A stretch of 62,415 nt of DNA, filler included, from Sphacelaria rigidula (Eukaryota), in assembly GCA_964200075.2 (NCBI GenBank). It is 10 parts of 10 records of this genome, joined end to end, with 100 filler letters (N's around TTAATTAATTAA, not from the genome) between each part and the next. Parts side by side here need not be neighbours in the genome. Positions count along the whole stretch, not along the records: positions 1 to 6,152 come from CAXNAA020021908.1; positions 6,253 to 12,404 come from CAXNAA020021909.1; 8 more parts are not named here. One strand, written 5' to 3'. The notes beneath the pieces were generated by a model. It had not been told where the DNA came from. It saw nothing but the letters and a program-made list of their open reading frames with translations, and did not search any database. Shown piece after piece: positions 1 to 10,976 of this stretch; position 1 is the stretch's first letter; each line of letters begins with the position of its first letter. The position numbers and the translations under genes are program-made.

Positions 1-1136
1 CGAATGATCAAAGCCACTCTCAATCGTATCATCTACGCTCAATCTCACGAAAATACTGTTACGAGTGAAGTGCTGACATTTAACAGGATTGATATATCTC
101 GCTGAACAACAATATGTCTTATCGCGGACCATGCTGCAGGATGTTCTATATATTATGACACCCTACAACATGGTGTTGTCTGTGGTGGGGTGACGAGCTT
201 GCCGCATCTGCAGGGACTTGTATACGGTCTCGTGTAATTCCGTTTCGGAACCGAGCGGGACCCGCATGCCCCGTGTTGAGCATTTTTCGGGATGGGGGCA
301 TTCAAGGGACCGGTCTACAGGGGAGCGTCGACGCAGTTCTGGGCTGAGGTCGTGCTTCCTTCTACTGTCGCAGGGAGATGGTTGTGGGTTGTCGTCGATC
401 ACGTCGGCAATAATTGCCACTGCGTTGAGATCCCGAAGATCGAAACAATCACTATGTCTCCACCGTTTTCCCGTCCTACCACGTATAAAGGGGTTGAGCG
501 TAAGAGGGGCAACATCAAGAATGGCAATTCAAACTATGTCACCGGGATGGTTCCGAAGTGCAGTCTATTGCTGTATTGCTCATCGACTACATCCCGTACT
601 GTGCCGCAAGTCCTTCTCATCATATCGACCTTAGACGCCACACTCGCCACCGTTTCTGTAATCGACTTCAGGCGCTGATTTCAACCTTTCGTACTTGCGC
701 TTACAGTTCAGCGGCGTCCCCAGTAGTCATGCGCGTCTTCTCGTCGATAATTCGCCGAAGTAACTCCTCTGCAGTGGCCCGATGGTTTCTGTGAGGGCTC
801 TGCATGATACTCCACTCCCCGACATTGTTGCGATGAGTACTCGACGAGCTTGTGAACCCGGAGTTGAGTCTACAATGGCAGGAATACGTAGCCACTCATT
901 CAGCTTCTTCACGGCCTCAACGATCACCAGCTGATCTTCCTTTGGTGGCCCATGCTCGTGGACTACACCTTTGCGGCGGAAATGCCGGAAGTTGTCGTAG
1001 GCAATGAGCTTCTCAATCACCGCACGACAGAGATCAGTATCCTGTAACCCATCACCCTTGTTTCTTTCACGCAGGGTGTAATGCGTGAGAGGACCGCGTT
1101 CTTAGAGGACCGCATTGGAATTTGAAAACCACTATG

Positions 1137-1385
1137 GACTAATGCCGAGATAGCCCCCCTAGAAAACGTGCACCAGAGACCGTCCGACAAACCGGCTGCA
1201 ATCCCACTATTGGGCTCGTTTTCAGCAATTTCGTCCACATGAGAGGCGTGTAGCAGTCTGAAATCCGTTATAACGCCCGAATAAGTCGCGTCGTGCAGCA
1301 CGAAACCAACTCTCACGGCATTTATAATCATCACCTCCGTGCACGTTTATCGCCGGTTCGGGGGGGGGCTATCTCGGCAGCAGTC
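1137..1385 (-). mobile_element. ~250-bp MITE, family GAC-A, copy 1
   Basis: TIRs GACTAATGCCGAGATAGCCCC / GGGGCTATCTCGGCAGCAGTC. TATG duplicated at 1133-1136 and 1386-1389. Homologous to 1983-2232 in the opposite orientation. Confidence 0.85.
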
Positions 1386-1389
1386 TATG

Positions 1390-1433
1390 GTTGGGGTTAG
1401 GGTCAGGGTTAGTGTTGGGGTTAGGATCAGGGG
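1390..1433 (+). repeat. Degenerate telomere-like (GGGTTA)n tract inside the TIR element
   Basis: GTTGGGGTTAGGGTCAGGGTTAGTGTTGGGGTTAGGATCAGGGG. Confidence 0.6.
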
Positions 1434-1982
1434 CGTGGTACCTGCAGGAACTGACCCGATTGGTTTCGGAAAACGTCGATCCTGAGGTGTTTTGAACTAC
1501 GGCGCGGTCCTCTAAGCACGCGGTCCTCTCACGCATTACACAGGGTTCGAACGGCATCGTCGATGGATTCCAATATCTTCCGCTGAATAGTATCGTGTCT
1601 AGCACGTCTCTGTGCTGGTGTACCGGACGGCACAAGCTCCGTACTGGAAACATGACGGGTGATCGCTGCAATACAACGGGGTTGGCACTGGATTGAATCT
1701 CATCATAATGTATGGAACGGCATCAATACTGCTGGTGAGTGGGACTGTGAGGAGGAGGGCTAGACCTCTGTCGGACATCGAACCATGCGTCGGAAAGCAT
1801 GTTGAATGAACAATATCTACGCATAAGTATCATGTATATGGACACCGACTACGATAGTCTTGGACGCTACAGCCCTCGCTCGTATTCCTTCCTAATGGCA
1901 TAATATGTGTAGGTTCAATATCCCGACAAGAATAGTATGCCGGGTGGCTCAATAGCCTGTCTGTCCTCTTGTCCTATCGGTC

Positions 1983-2232
1983 GACTGCTGCCGAGATAGC
2001 CCCCCCCCCCGAACCGGGCAAAAACGTGCACGGAGGTGATGGTCATAAATGCCGTTAGAGCTGGTTTCGTGCTGCACGACGCGACTCATTCGGGCGTTAT
2101 GGCTGATTTCGGACCGCTACACGCCTCTCATGTGGGCGAAATTGCTGCAAACGAGCCTGATAGTGGGATCGCAATCGGTTCGTCGGACGGTCTCCGGTGC
2201 AATTTTTGTGGGGGGCTATCTCGGCATTAGTC
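1983..2232 (+). mobile_element. ~250-bp MITE, family GAC-A, copy 2
   Basis: TIRs GACTGCTGCCGAGATAGCCCC / GGGGCTATCTCGGCATTAGTC. GGTC duplicated at 1979-1982 and 2233-2236. Confidence 0.85.
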
Positions 2233-3016
2233 GGTCGTCATGTTCACATACAAGAGCTATGCTGTTCCTTTTTCAGTCATTAAGTTCGTCTCGTGGTTGG
2301 CTTTGCGAATCAGCATCCGGAGAGTAGATTCGTCAATGACCACACGATCCAGATGATATGCAATTGGTGTGTGTGAGTGTGACACAGACTTTCTGTCCGT
2401 TTTACTCACGTTACAGGATGGGGATATACATTAATTGGAGCAGCCCAGTGGTGACATCGATGTATGTGCCCTGTTATGTGATTTTTCTGTTCGAAGTCTT
2501 CGACATATCTGGGACGGGGAAATGGAAAACGCCAAAGTGATAGCCGTGCCACTACTCCCTCTCTACCTCGTCCTTATCTCTTTATCTTCCCTCCCCTTCT
2601 TATTGCCCTGTCGTAGTCGGTTACGAAGACCCGCCGAAAAAGAAGGATGATGGCCGTTGAACTGAGTGGGTCCGCTTATACACGGTCGGGCGTGCCTATG
2701 GTAGCCGATGCCGGCTATTTGTACCACCTCAGAAGCTTCATTGCTGCAATATGTTGCACGGCCTGCCTTGACGTGAGTGTATCAAACGTGCGGCAAAGTT
2801 GTTTCTATCGTCTGTCGTCGGTTCAGCAAACCGGCCATCCTCAATCATTTGGTGTGCCAAAAAGCGCCTTGTTCCGGTGATTTTACGAAGTTTAACGTTT
2901 GTGCAGAGTATGATCAGTCGTGGTCTCAAGATCTAACTCGAGTCGTGGCTCCTGCGGTACAACGTATTGACACATGCGATATGTCGGTACACAAGGGGGC
3001 GGTTTCGCGAACCGAC

Positions 3017-3259
3017 ATACACAGATATTTTCTGAGGTTAGAAAAATTAGGAGCCCTTTATCTCATGCACAACAGGATTTATGAAAATATGCGAGAGTCC
3101 GCCAGGATTACTATTCCAATGTGCTGGGGATATCTCGAATAANNNNNNNNNNCAAACGGGGATGCCCTGGCCCATATTCTTGTGCGTCTGGAATCGTTTG
3201 GAGCCCCTGAACCAGACAAAATTTCGAGAAAAAAGTGCACCCCTACCGTAGCATTGCCC
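3017..3259 (+). mobile_element. MITE of the GAG...CTC family, left end lost
   Basis: Colinear with the complete copy at 38031-38287. Ends in GTGCACCCCTACCGTAGCATTGCCC. Confidence 0.75.
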
Positions 3260-3768
3260 CAGTGAAACCGCAAACTACTTGATTTTAGTATCAAAACGAT
3301 GTTTTTGGGCCTCCTGTGACGTGAACATGGAAATTCAAGCATAATTTGATCGAGTTTTACGACGAAAAATTATGGAGCCCATCCTTGGGTTATGCGGAGG
3401 CGAAAACAACACGGTTTCGGGTATAATTCGACCCCGTAGTAACCGTTTTAAAAATATAATTTTCTCGTTAGATTCCCGTGTCGATGAATGTAACTACGAT
3501 TTGAAGCATGTAGAGATTGGGTGAAAATTGGGCTTGGTATTCGTAATTTCGATCTCGGAAGAGTTTGAAGGGCGCTGATTGGCTGAGGAACATTTTCGTC
3601 CATAGCGCCACCGCTACGGCCTTAAACGAAACTCCGGCTATGTCATCCACTTCGTCTCTTCATTGTGGTCAGTATGATACCATATGTGCGACTATTGGGT
3701 GCGTATTGCGGCAGGTATTTGCTGATGACACAATTTTGGGTTATCACCGTGAACCAGCCTGTATCCAA

Positions 3769-3874
3769 CACACGCGGCCATTCGGCTACCCCCTTAAAAT
3801 CCTCTATCGTGATTTCCATCCTCTCGAGGCTAAAGTGACCCTCGGGAGGATAAAAATATCCTCTAGGGGGTATT
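3769..3874 (+). mobile_element. Left end of EnSpm/CACTA-like element (same family as 60546-62285)
   Basis: CACACGCGGCCATTCGGCTACCCCCTTAAAATCCTCT is identical to 60546 onward, and similarity continues for about 105 bp. Confidence 0.75.
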
Positions 3875-5051
3875 TGTCATAAAGAGGGAGTAGCTAATGC
3901 ACCGGCTGGGGTCTCCTCAGTATGAGTGCCAGGAGATACCATGGTGCCAACCTACCAAGCTCCCACGTGGGCAGCATCACATAGATCTAGCTATCCATCC
4001 TTGACTACCACAGAGTAGGTTCATCCATGTTCAGACTGTTGACTAGGAACTCACGTGTTTGCTTAGCATCGTGTTTTATCTACAAGCAGCTCTCATACTC
4101 AGTACAGCCGCAGGGCAGCCATAGGAGCAGAGCGTAGTGATGGCGCAGGGTAGACCACAGCAAGGGCATGTGACAGCATGTCACAGGCAGTAACTGACTG
4201 AGGGCGGCTCAACGCCGTGTGATGGAGCCGAAACAATCTCAACTAATGACAATAGCAAACGCGATAACAACGCGTCACGGAACTCAAGGTCTACGAGCAG
4301 ACCCGCACAGCGTATATCATGCAACGCCTCTGAGCTTCATCACACTAGCCCATCCTAGACGAGTCCTTATGCAGTTGAATCATCATCACCTCGGCACAAT
4401 GTAAGTGCGCCGAAGAATTTCATTATTCAACGTGTAAGGGCTCTTCTACACTATATTCGTACGAAAGCATGAAGCGAAGAAAAAAATCACTCTCCCACAC
4501 CTCTAAGAGGCGAGCATCGCTGCGATCCGGCACAGCATCAAACGTTCAATCCACAAAAAGGAAGACATTGTGTCTACGTGCCACTCACGCACCTATGTTG
4601 AACAAGACAACACACACGCAAGCCCACCTACAAAGTCCAAGCACTAACTGGTACGCACGCGTAGACTTCATCTACCAACGGAACAAGAACGGAATGCCAG
4701 GTAATCCGGGAAAAGGGGAGGGAAATTGCAGTTGCGGCATAGCATCGCGGCAACTGCTCTGGTCGGACGCAGATCCAAGTGAGCTCCATGTCTGTGTTCG
4801 ACTCCGTCCTGACACATCCGTCGCGTATAGCGAGAGTGGCACCCCGCTCGTTTCCTTGGCAGAGCGTTTGAAGTAGCAAATCTGCCTTGAAAAAGGCGTG
4901 CAGCGTGAAGTACAATGCGATGGGGGGGGGGGGGGGGGCGACCGCGCAGGGGGGGGGGAAAGGCGGGGGGGAGCCGGTGTTAGCAGATGGTTGGCGCAAA
5001 GAGGNNNNNNNNNNAAAAGAAAAAAAGTAAGCAAAGAAAGGGGGGGAAGGA

Positions 5052-5082
<31 letters not shown>

Positions 5083-6152
5083 CTACGCAGCAACGTGGAG
5101 ATAAAGCCGGGATGTAGCCGATGTTCAGGTTTGGTGTGCCCGAAGTGCGAATTCAAAACCTCTGCGGGGGTGGGCACGAGCCCATCCAAGACGACACTTG
5201 GGGTAAGAAGCCAAATGTCGTTGGTGAGAACTTGTCGTTCAGCGCGGCGGATCAACTATCGCGTGATATGAGCGAAAATGTAGTGCCAATTAAACAAAAC
5301 CCCGTCAGAACGCAATAACAATCGTCCGGCAGAAATACGGCCTACAACAAGGGCGGTATAAGTGGTCATTCCCGGTTGAACACTGGACCACGAGCAACGG
5401 AACGACACAAGAGAACACACCCGTGTCGCTAGCTGACCAGGCTGCGCTACGGGATAGGGGTAGAGCAAACAAACGAATACATCCAGATGATTTGCCGAAA
5501 TGCAGTAACTCACCTCGACCTAAAACAGTCGTCGGGCATAAATACGGCCTACAACAAGGGCGGTATCATTAGCAGTACACGGTGTAACCAAGGACCCGTG
5601 CAACAAGACGATGTAAGGGAGAACTCCCGTGCGGCGTGCTCTCCTAGCTGGAGCCAGGGGTTGAGCAGTGACCACAACAAACACATCCAGAGAACGAGTC
5701 ATCAAACATTCCAAACATGCGGGAGGCAGGAATAAATCTACAGTCCTTTCGTCGCGTAAAGAAACCTCGAAGACAAGAAGAAGAAGAAGAAGAAGAAGAA
5801 GAAGAAGAAGAAGAAGAAGAAGAAGAAGAAAAAATCACCAGATGCTCAGGGGACACGGACAGAGATGCGACAGCGACAAGAAATATGACTACAGTTACTA
5901 GAAACGGAATAACCAAGAAGGTGAACTCAGCGCAAAAAAACACTATACCAAAACCTCTGGGGGGTTATAATGCGGCAAAGGGGAGGGGGTGGCTATGGTC
6001 TGATATCTGACCAGATCGGACTGAGGGGTTGTGAAATCCGCCAAGGTGAGCTCATCGCTCGCCGCATTGCCGAGGGATGCTGACGGTGTGTCGTAGCAAC
6101 TCAAGTATAGTCCTACGATACAACCGGTGTTGGGGGGCTACGATCTGATATC
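3875..6152 (+). mobile_element. Long non-coding dispersed repeat starting with TG (LTR/LARD-like), copy 1
   Basis: Colinear diverged homology with the reverse complement of about 13315-15609. Shared start TGTCATAAAGAGGGAGTAGCTAATG vs TGTAATATAGATGGAGTAGCTAATG. Internal duplicated unit AATACGGCCTACAACAAGGGCGGTAT at about 5333 and 5541. Confidence 0.65.
5775..5830 (+). repeat. (AAG)n microsatellite
   Basis: About 18 perfect AAG units. Confidence 0.95.
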
Positions 6153-6252
6153 NNNNNNNNNNNNNNNNNNNNNNNNNNNNNNNNNNNNNNNNNNNNTTAA
6201 TTAATTAANNNNNNNNNNNNNNNNNNNNNNNNNNNNNNNNNNNNNNNNNNNN
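6153..6252. other. Artificial contig spacer N44-TTAATTAATTAA-N44; identical spacers at 12405-12504, 18657-18756, 24909-25008, 31161-31260, 37412-37511, 43663-43762, 49914-50013, 56165-56264
   Basis: Nine identical 100-nt spacers carrying a six-frame stop linker. The intervening contigs are all 6152 or 6151 bp. Confidence 0.98.
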
Positions 6253-6311
6253 CAAAATTTCGAGCAACAAATGGCCCAAAATACCCCCCCCCCCTATCGT
6301 AGGATGACTTT

Positions 6312-8492
6312 GGCGTGGAAATTCACCCGCTTCTGGATTCGGCGATGCTTCAAATGCCAAGCCCGAATAACTTCACGGAAGACAGTACGCTGACCCGTCA
6401 TCTCTATGGGACTCCCCAACGCGCCAGGCCACCTCGTGTCCTTTGACTACTTTGGGCCTCTAACGACCACAGGTCGCGGCAACACCTACATCTTACTCTT
6501 TACTGGCCGCTTCAGGCGCCACGCGTCCATGTACGCGGTAAACGTGGGATCTTACAAATTGGGGATGGATCTTATATTGGAGATGAGAAACGCGGAGAAT
6601 TAAAATCTTCGTGTCCACACCAAATCTTCGAAATATGCTTCCATTTCTTCACCTACTGATAGCTACTAACAACTGTTACACGTCATAGAAAATTGACATT
6701 CGATCAACGAAAAGTTGGGGTCCTAGGTGAAAAAACCGTTTTGGGGAATTTCGGGTGTCCGAGCGGACGCCAAAATGGTTCCGAAATTGGTTTTTCAACT
6801 GAGACCCCAAATTTTCGGTGATCGAAATCCAAATTTATACGTCGATTAGGAGTTGTCAATAGCTATCAGTAGGTGAAGAAATGAAATCATGTTTCGAAGA
6901 TTTGGTGTGAATACTAAGATTTTAATTCTTCGGGTTTTTCATCCCCAATAAAATATCCATCCTCAATTTGTAAGATCCCGTGTTGGTAACCGCTGCAGTT
7001 TCACTGCCGCTGGAACGGTCTGCATATTGTTCCACGATTACATCAAGCACTATACGGTTGCCCGAAGCGACTCCTTTCAGGCAATGGTCAGTAACTTTGC
7101 TCAGATCTCTCTAATGAGCTTTATCAGCTCCTGGGCATCCGCAAAATTGCCACGAGCGCCTACCACCCAAACGGTAACGGTGGTACCGAAAGAGTCAATC
7201 ACACCATGGCCCAGATGCTCTCTATGGTTGTCAATGACCGCCAAAATGATTGGGACCTACATCTCTCGCACATCATGTTGTCCTACAAAAACTTGGTTAA
7301 CGCCGCCACCGGCCTTTCTCCGAACGAACTCCATCTTGGACGTTACCCTCGTCTGCCCATCACCGTGTTTGAGCGACACACGTTCGATGGCCACCAAGGA
7401 TTGGATCAGGATCAGATATCCTATCACGAGCTAGCGCATTCACGACAACGCGAAGCGTTTACCCTCGTGCGCGAACAAGACGCTATCGACGCCTCGCGCC
7501 TGGAGAGATCTAACACTGCTCTCTACAACCTCATACACAAACACCCCAACTGGAAAGTTGGTGACTGGGCTTGGATCTACAACAGCTTGTCGACCATCCG
7601 CCAAGGCACCAGCAAGGCAGCCAACGACACAGTTTCGAAGACAAAATTGTCCCTCATTTGGACAGGACCATTCAAGATCCTGACAGTCGGGCCATCGCCA
7701 TCATCACCAGATGACAAACCCGTTGGTGACAAACTGCTCTATCTCGACCTGCCTCGCGACTTCCAGGGTAAGGACACCAAACCCCGCGTCTCCATGCATA
7801 GATGCAAACCCTGCACCAACCCGCATGATACAAGCAACATGCCCAAGTACCTGCCTGCCGGACTCACACAGTATGTTCTCAACAGCTACTCGACCAAGTC
7901 CCCGTCCTACCATGATACCACCGACGACGTGACGGAACAGTCCCTCCAATTGACCGTGTCCACCATCTCCGGCCAACGGATGACCCGTGGTCGAGGTGGC
8001 AAAATTGCTGTCATGTATGAGACCCACTGGGACGGTCTCCGGAGATCGTCTTGGGAACGTGAATCCGACCTTCAATTGCACCGCCGTGCAATCCTCCTGT
8101 ACTGGACGCAATCTCAACATCAGTAACTTGCTCACAACAAGAAATATCGCAACATGCGTCGCGGCGCAGCAGCCCGCAGACTTCACGGTGATCAGGGACT
8201 ACGATTCGTCGCCGATGGTTAGGAACTTGTACCCACCACGACTTGTAAGACAAAGTTCTTTGCAAACCAGCGAATAGTGCCCAAGGTCAGCTACCTTTGG
8301 TTCAAGGGCAGCGACAGCCTCCGGTGGTTGGGTCAGACCCACTCCGCTAACCTGAATTCTGCCGACATATATACCGTGCGCTTCATCGATGACCCTGGAC
8401 CCACACAGCTCAAGCTCCGGCCAGCACTATACACCACCAGCCCATCTGCACCACGCGTATCCTGGTGCCTCCAGCGCCTCAAGTCCAAATGA
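6312..8492 (+). mobile_element. Degenerate Ty3/Gypsy pol 3' part: integrase (Zn-finger end, DDE core, GPF) plus chromodomain-like region and C-terminal extension
   Basis: WIRRCFKCQAR; VSFDYFGPL..GNTYILLF; TSAYHPNGNGGTERVNHTMAQML; WTGPFKIL; YETHWDG..SWERESDL. Has in-frame stops and frameshifts and is interrupted by a MITE at 6541-6984. Confidence 0.9.
6541..6984. mobile_element. 444-bp fold-back MITE (AAC...GTT family)
   Basis: About 200-bp imperfect inverted arms. TSD GGTA at 6537-6540 and 6985-6988. Removing it restores the integrase sequence ATGTACGCGGTAACCGCTGCAG. Confidence 0.92.
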
Positions 8493-8799
8493 TTTCGCCG
8501 CGGTCTCCACCGCAACATCAACCACACCCACGACGTCCACGCACCGCTTTGAACCACGCTCCTTCGCTGCAACTTTCCCTCCCTTCTGTAGTACTGTTTG
8601 CCCTCCCTTCTTTATTAGGACCCTACTCTACGACATCCACAACAGGACCACCTATATCGGACGACGATCGAAGAATTACTGAAGCCACCCACCATCTACG
8701 ACAACTGGAGCTGTCCCCGTCCGGCTGGCGCTCGATCTCGTTGGATCACCGATTTTCAGAGCTTGCTTCCGACCAACCTGCGCTGGTCGCACACTGATC

Positions 8800-8919
8800 T
8801 TGCCGTTTTTTCTCTTTGGGTTTCCCCAGATTAAAGCTCTGCTCCCTGTTGTACCTCCTTGCCGTGTTTTCCTCTTTGGATCACCCCAGGTTGAAGCTCT
8901 GCTCCCTGTTGTACCTCCC
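8800..8919 (+). repeat. 60-bp tandem duplication in the Gypsy 3' untranslated region
   Basis: TTGCCG...AAGCTCTGCTCCCTGTTGTACCTCC occurs twice in tandem. Confidence 0.8.
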
Positions 8920-10109
8920 TATTTCCCCCCTTCGTTCTGCTAGGACGCCGAAGCAATTTGTGCTTCTTCGTTGATTGCTGCCACGCAGAGGCAGCTCGTG
9001 CTTCCGCATTTCGAATCAGCTTTTCTGCTCCTCGAAGCAGTATATGTTTCCCTTCTTTCGAGGTGTGGGAGTGGGTACAGGAGTGGTGGGTATGGGAGTG
9101 TTTCCTCAGGTATCCTTTATGAGCCGCTCATGACTTTACGAGTGAAGAAAAACCGTACTTTTCGCTTCTTTGAGGATAAATCCTCGCAGCTGTAATAAAG
9201 GTTCGTCTGGGTGGGTTAATGTCATGAGGACGCGTACTAGCCTGTTGCCATGCCGCCTCAGACCCGTTGATGAGTCCGGCTATTGCATTTCTGGTATTCT
9301 CAGGCCTGAGATTGCAGGTCTGTTCAGAGTTGGTCAGATACGATTGTGAACTTTTATATAGCAAGGATATAATAGAGAAGCGCTTGGATGCACGGTACGC
9401 ATCCAAGTACTACCATCTACTGCCCCTTTCTGAGCAAAGAAGTCTAACACCGGTGAGACTGACTGACTGAGCGTGAGATTGGATTGATTGATTGGATACT
9501 GGAAGGTTGAGATCAAGCAGTAAAGAAGAGAGACTGCCTGCGCGTGAAATATTGGTATTTGTCGGACACGTTTGTTCGAGGAGGTGTTTGTTGTCTTGTC
9601 TGGCTGCTCAGTTGGCGGACTGGCTTCTTGCCTTGCCTAGTGTGCCTGTGCTTGCCATAACAGCACCGCGACCCCATTTCAACCGGCTTCCGGAGGTCCC
9701 CGTGCGAAGGCTCCCGGGAGGCGGTGTAGAATGCCTCACAATAAAATGAAATAAAATGATACGTTCTGGGGTAGTCCAAAAAACGTATGTACAAAGTTTG
9801 ATCGAAAACTTCGTATGTGTCTTTCGCAAGCGTTAGTGGTATTGCATACAGTATGTTCAGTTCAACTGTACCACAGAACACGAATGAAGCCACAAAGGCT
9901 GTCAAAAGCATCGCTCGGGGGGAAAACTGGCAAGAAAAGCCGCTCTGAACACGTAGACGCGTGTGTCGTACTATATTATAGTTGATGCGGCACATGTGAA
10001 TACAAAATTTGAAGTCAAGTTTATTGCGGATTTGGCTCTTCAGGGGTTCACGACCTATACGCTCCTATTTGCCCTCCCCACCTGCAAAAGGCCGCGTCAC
10101 CGGAGAGTC

Positions 10110-10450
10110 GCGCCCATGAAATAACAGGTGGGAAACACCATGTTACCATAGTTTATATCACATGAACAAAAGGTGGGGAACACGTACGTGTGATTCACGT
10201 GCATGAACCAAGAGTGGGAAACATGTACACTCGATCAATCTCGTAATATTGGGAGGAAATGAATATGTACGTATGATTCATGCTGCATGAATGAAGATTG
10301 GGACACATGTACTTATGGTTCATACGGTATGAACGGAGATTGGGAGTCATGCACGCTTGATTCACCTCACATGAATGGAAGGTGGGGAACGTGTGCCCAT
10401 CATTCATGGTGAATGAATGGTAATAGGGAAACAGTACCAATGATTCACAA
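10110..10450 (+). repeat. Degenerate ~40-bp minisatellite (CATGAA..GTGGGAAACACGTAC..TGATTCA)
   Basis: About 8 diverged units, each with CATGAA / TGGG(A/G)AAC / ATTCA motifs. Confidence 0.65.
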
Positions 10451-10451
10451 C

Positions 10452-10674
10452 TGTGACGAAATCACGCCGTCACGTTGAGTATATAGTGATGATATGGATG
10501 ATGACATGGACACAGGGATGATACCCTGATGTGGTTTATATGGAGTTGCCTGGAAGGTCATTCCTGAATAATGAGATGTTGTAAAGACTGACAACTGAAA
10601 CCTGAGGCCAGTGGAACTGGGGAATCCCTCAACAGCATTAGACGCTGCAGTGCTAGCAACCTGCCGTCGTCACA
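10452..10674 (+). mobile_element. Putative 5' LTR (223 bp) of a Gypsy element
   Basis: Perfect 8-bp inverted termini TGTGACGA...TCGTCACA, about 300 bp upstream of a gag-protease ORF. Confidence 0.6.
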
Positions 10675-10976
10675 ATATCGATATTTGTGATAGTGCACGT
10701 CGTGCTAGTAGTGCTACCGTTAGTGACTGCTGAAAAACATTCAGTATAGAGGAGTTTGGACAGCTTGGGACATACCTTCACGGGCGCGTGAGGAGGTATC
10801 AAGCTGAGGTAGCTGCAAAGGCGACTGGCCCGTGATTGATCCAGACTGGAGACTTGCTGGGGCTGCGTGCAGCGGGAGTTTGTAGGACCCCACGGCTGTG
10901 TGGTCCGGCGACGAAGGCAGGTGTGACCTGTGGAGTTCGAGAAGGTTCAGAAGCCTTCGATTAGTTCCGCTCGGAA

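Larger units (their letters stand above)
1077..1540. mobile_element. Non-autonomous TIR element with TGT...ACA ends and 5-bp TSD (Ginger-like MITE or short solo-LTR-like), carrying a nested MITE
   Basis: TGTAATGCGTGAGAGGACCGCGTTCTTAGAGGACCGC at 1077 is the near-perfect reverse complement of GCGGTCCTCTAAGCACGCGGTCCTCTCACGCATTACA ending 1540. CAGGG is duplicated at 1072-1076 and 1541-1545. Confidence 0.75.

Noticed and set aside
163..1070. Overlapping ORFs, possibly a decayed minus-strand gene
   Set aside because: Broken frames and no recognisable motif.
1390..1433. True chromosome telomere
   Set aside because: Short, degenerate and internal to a TIR element.
1137..2232. Composite transposon bounded by two inverted MITE copies
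   Set aside because: Each copy has its own distinct TSD (TATG, GGTC), so they are independent insertions.
4920..5085. Long G-runs and apparent duplication around the 10-N gap (also 26745-26900 and 38550-38722)
   Set aside because: The sequence beside each gap is an error-laden copy of the sequence on the other side of the homopolymer (for example 26821-26875 vs 26690-26750, and 38565-38640 vs 38720-38800). This indicates read decay after a G/C homopolymer and an unmerged overlap. Run lengths and the poly-Pro/Gly ORFs there are unreliable.
5644..6010. Poly-Glu/Arg/Ser ORFs (also ORFs over the repeats at 49132 and 56301)
   Set aside because: They are translations of microsatellites.
6197..6208. 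Periodic TTAATTAATTAA motif every ~6.25 kb
   Set aside because: Artificial six-frame stop linker inside N spacers.
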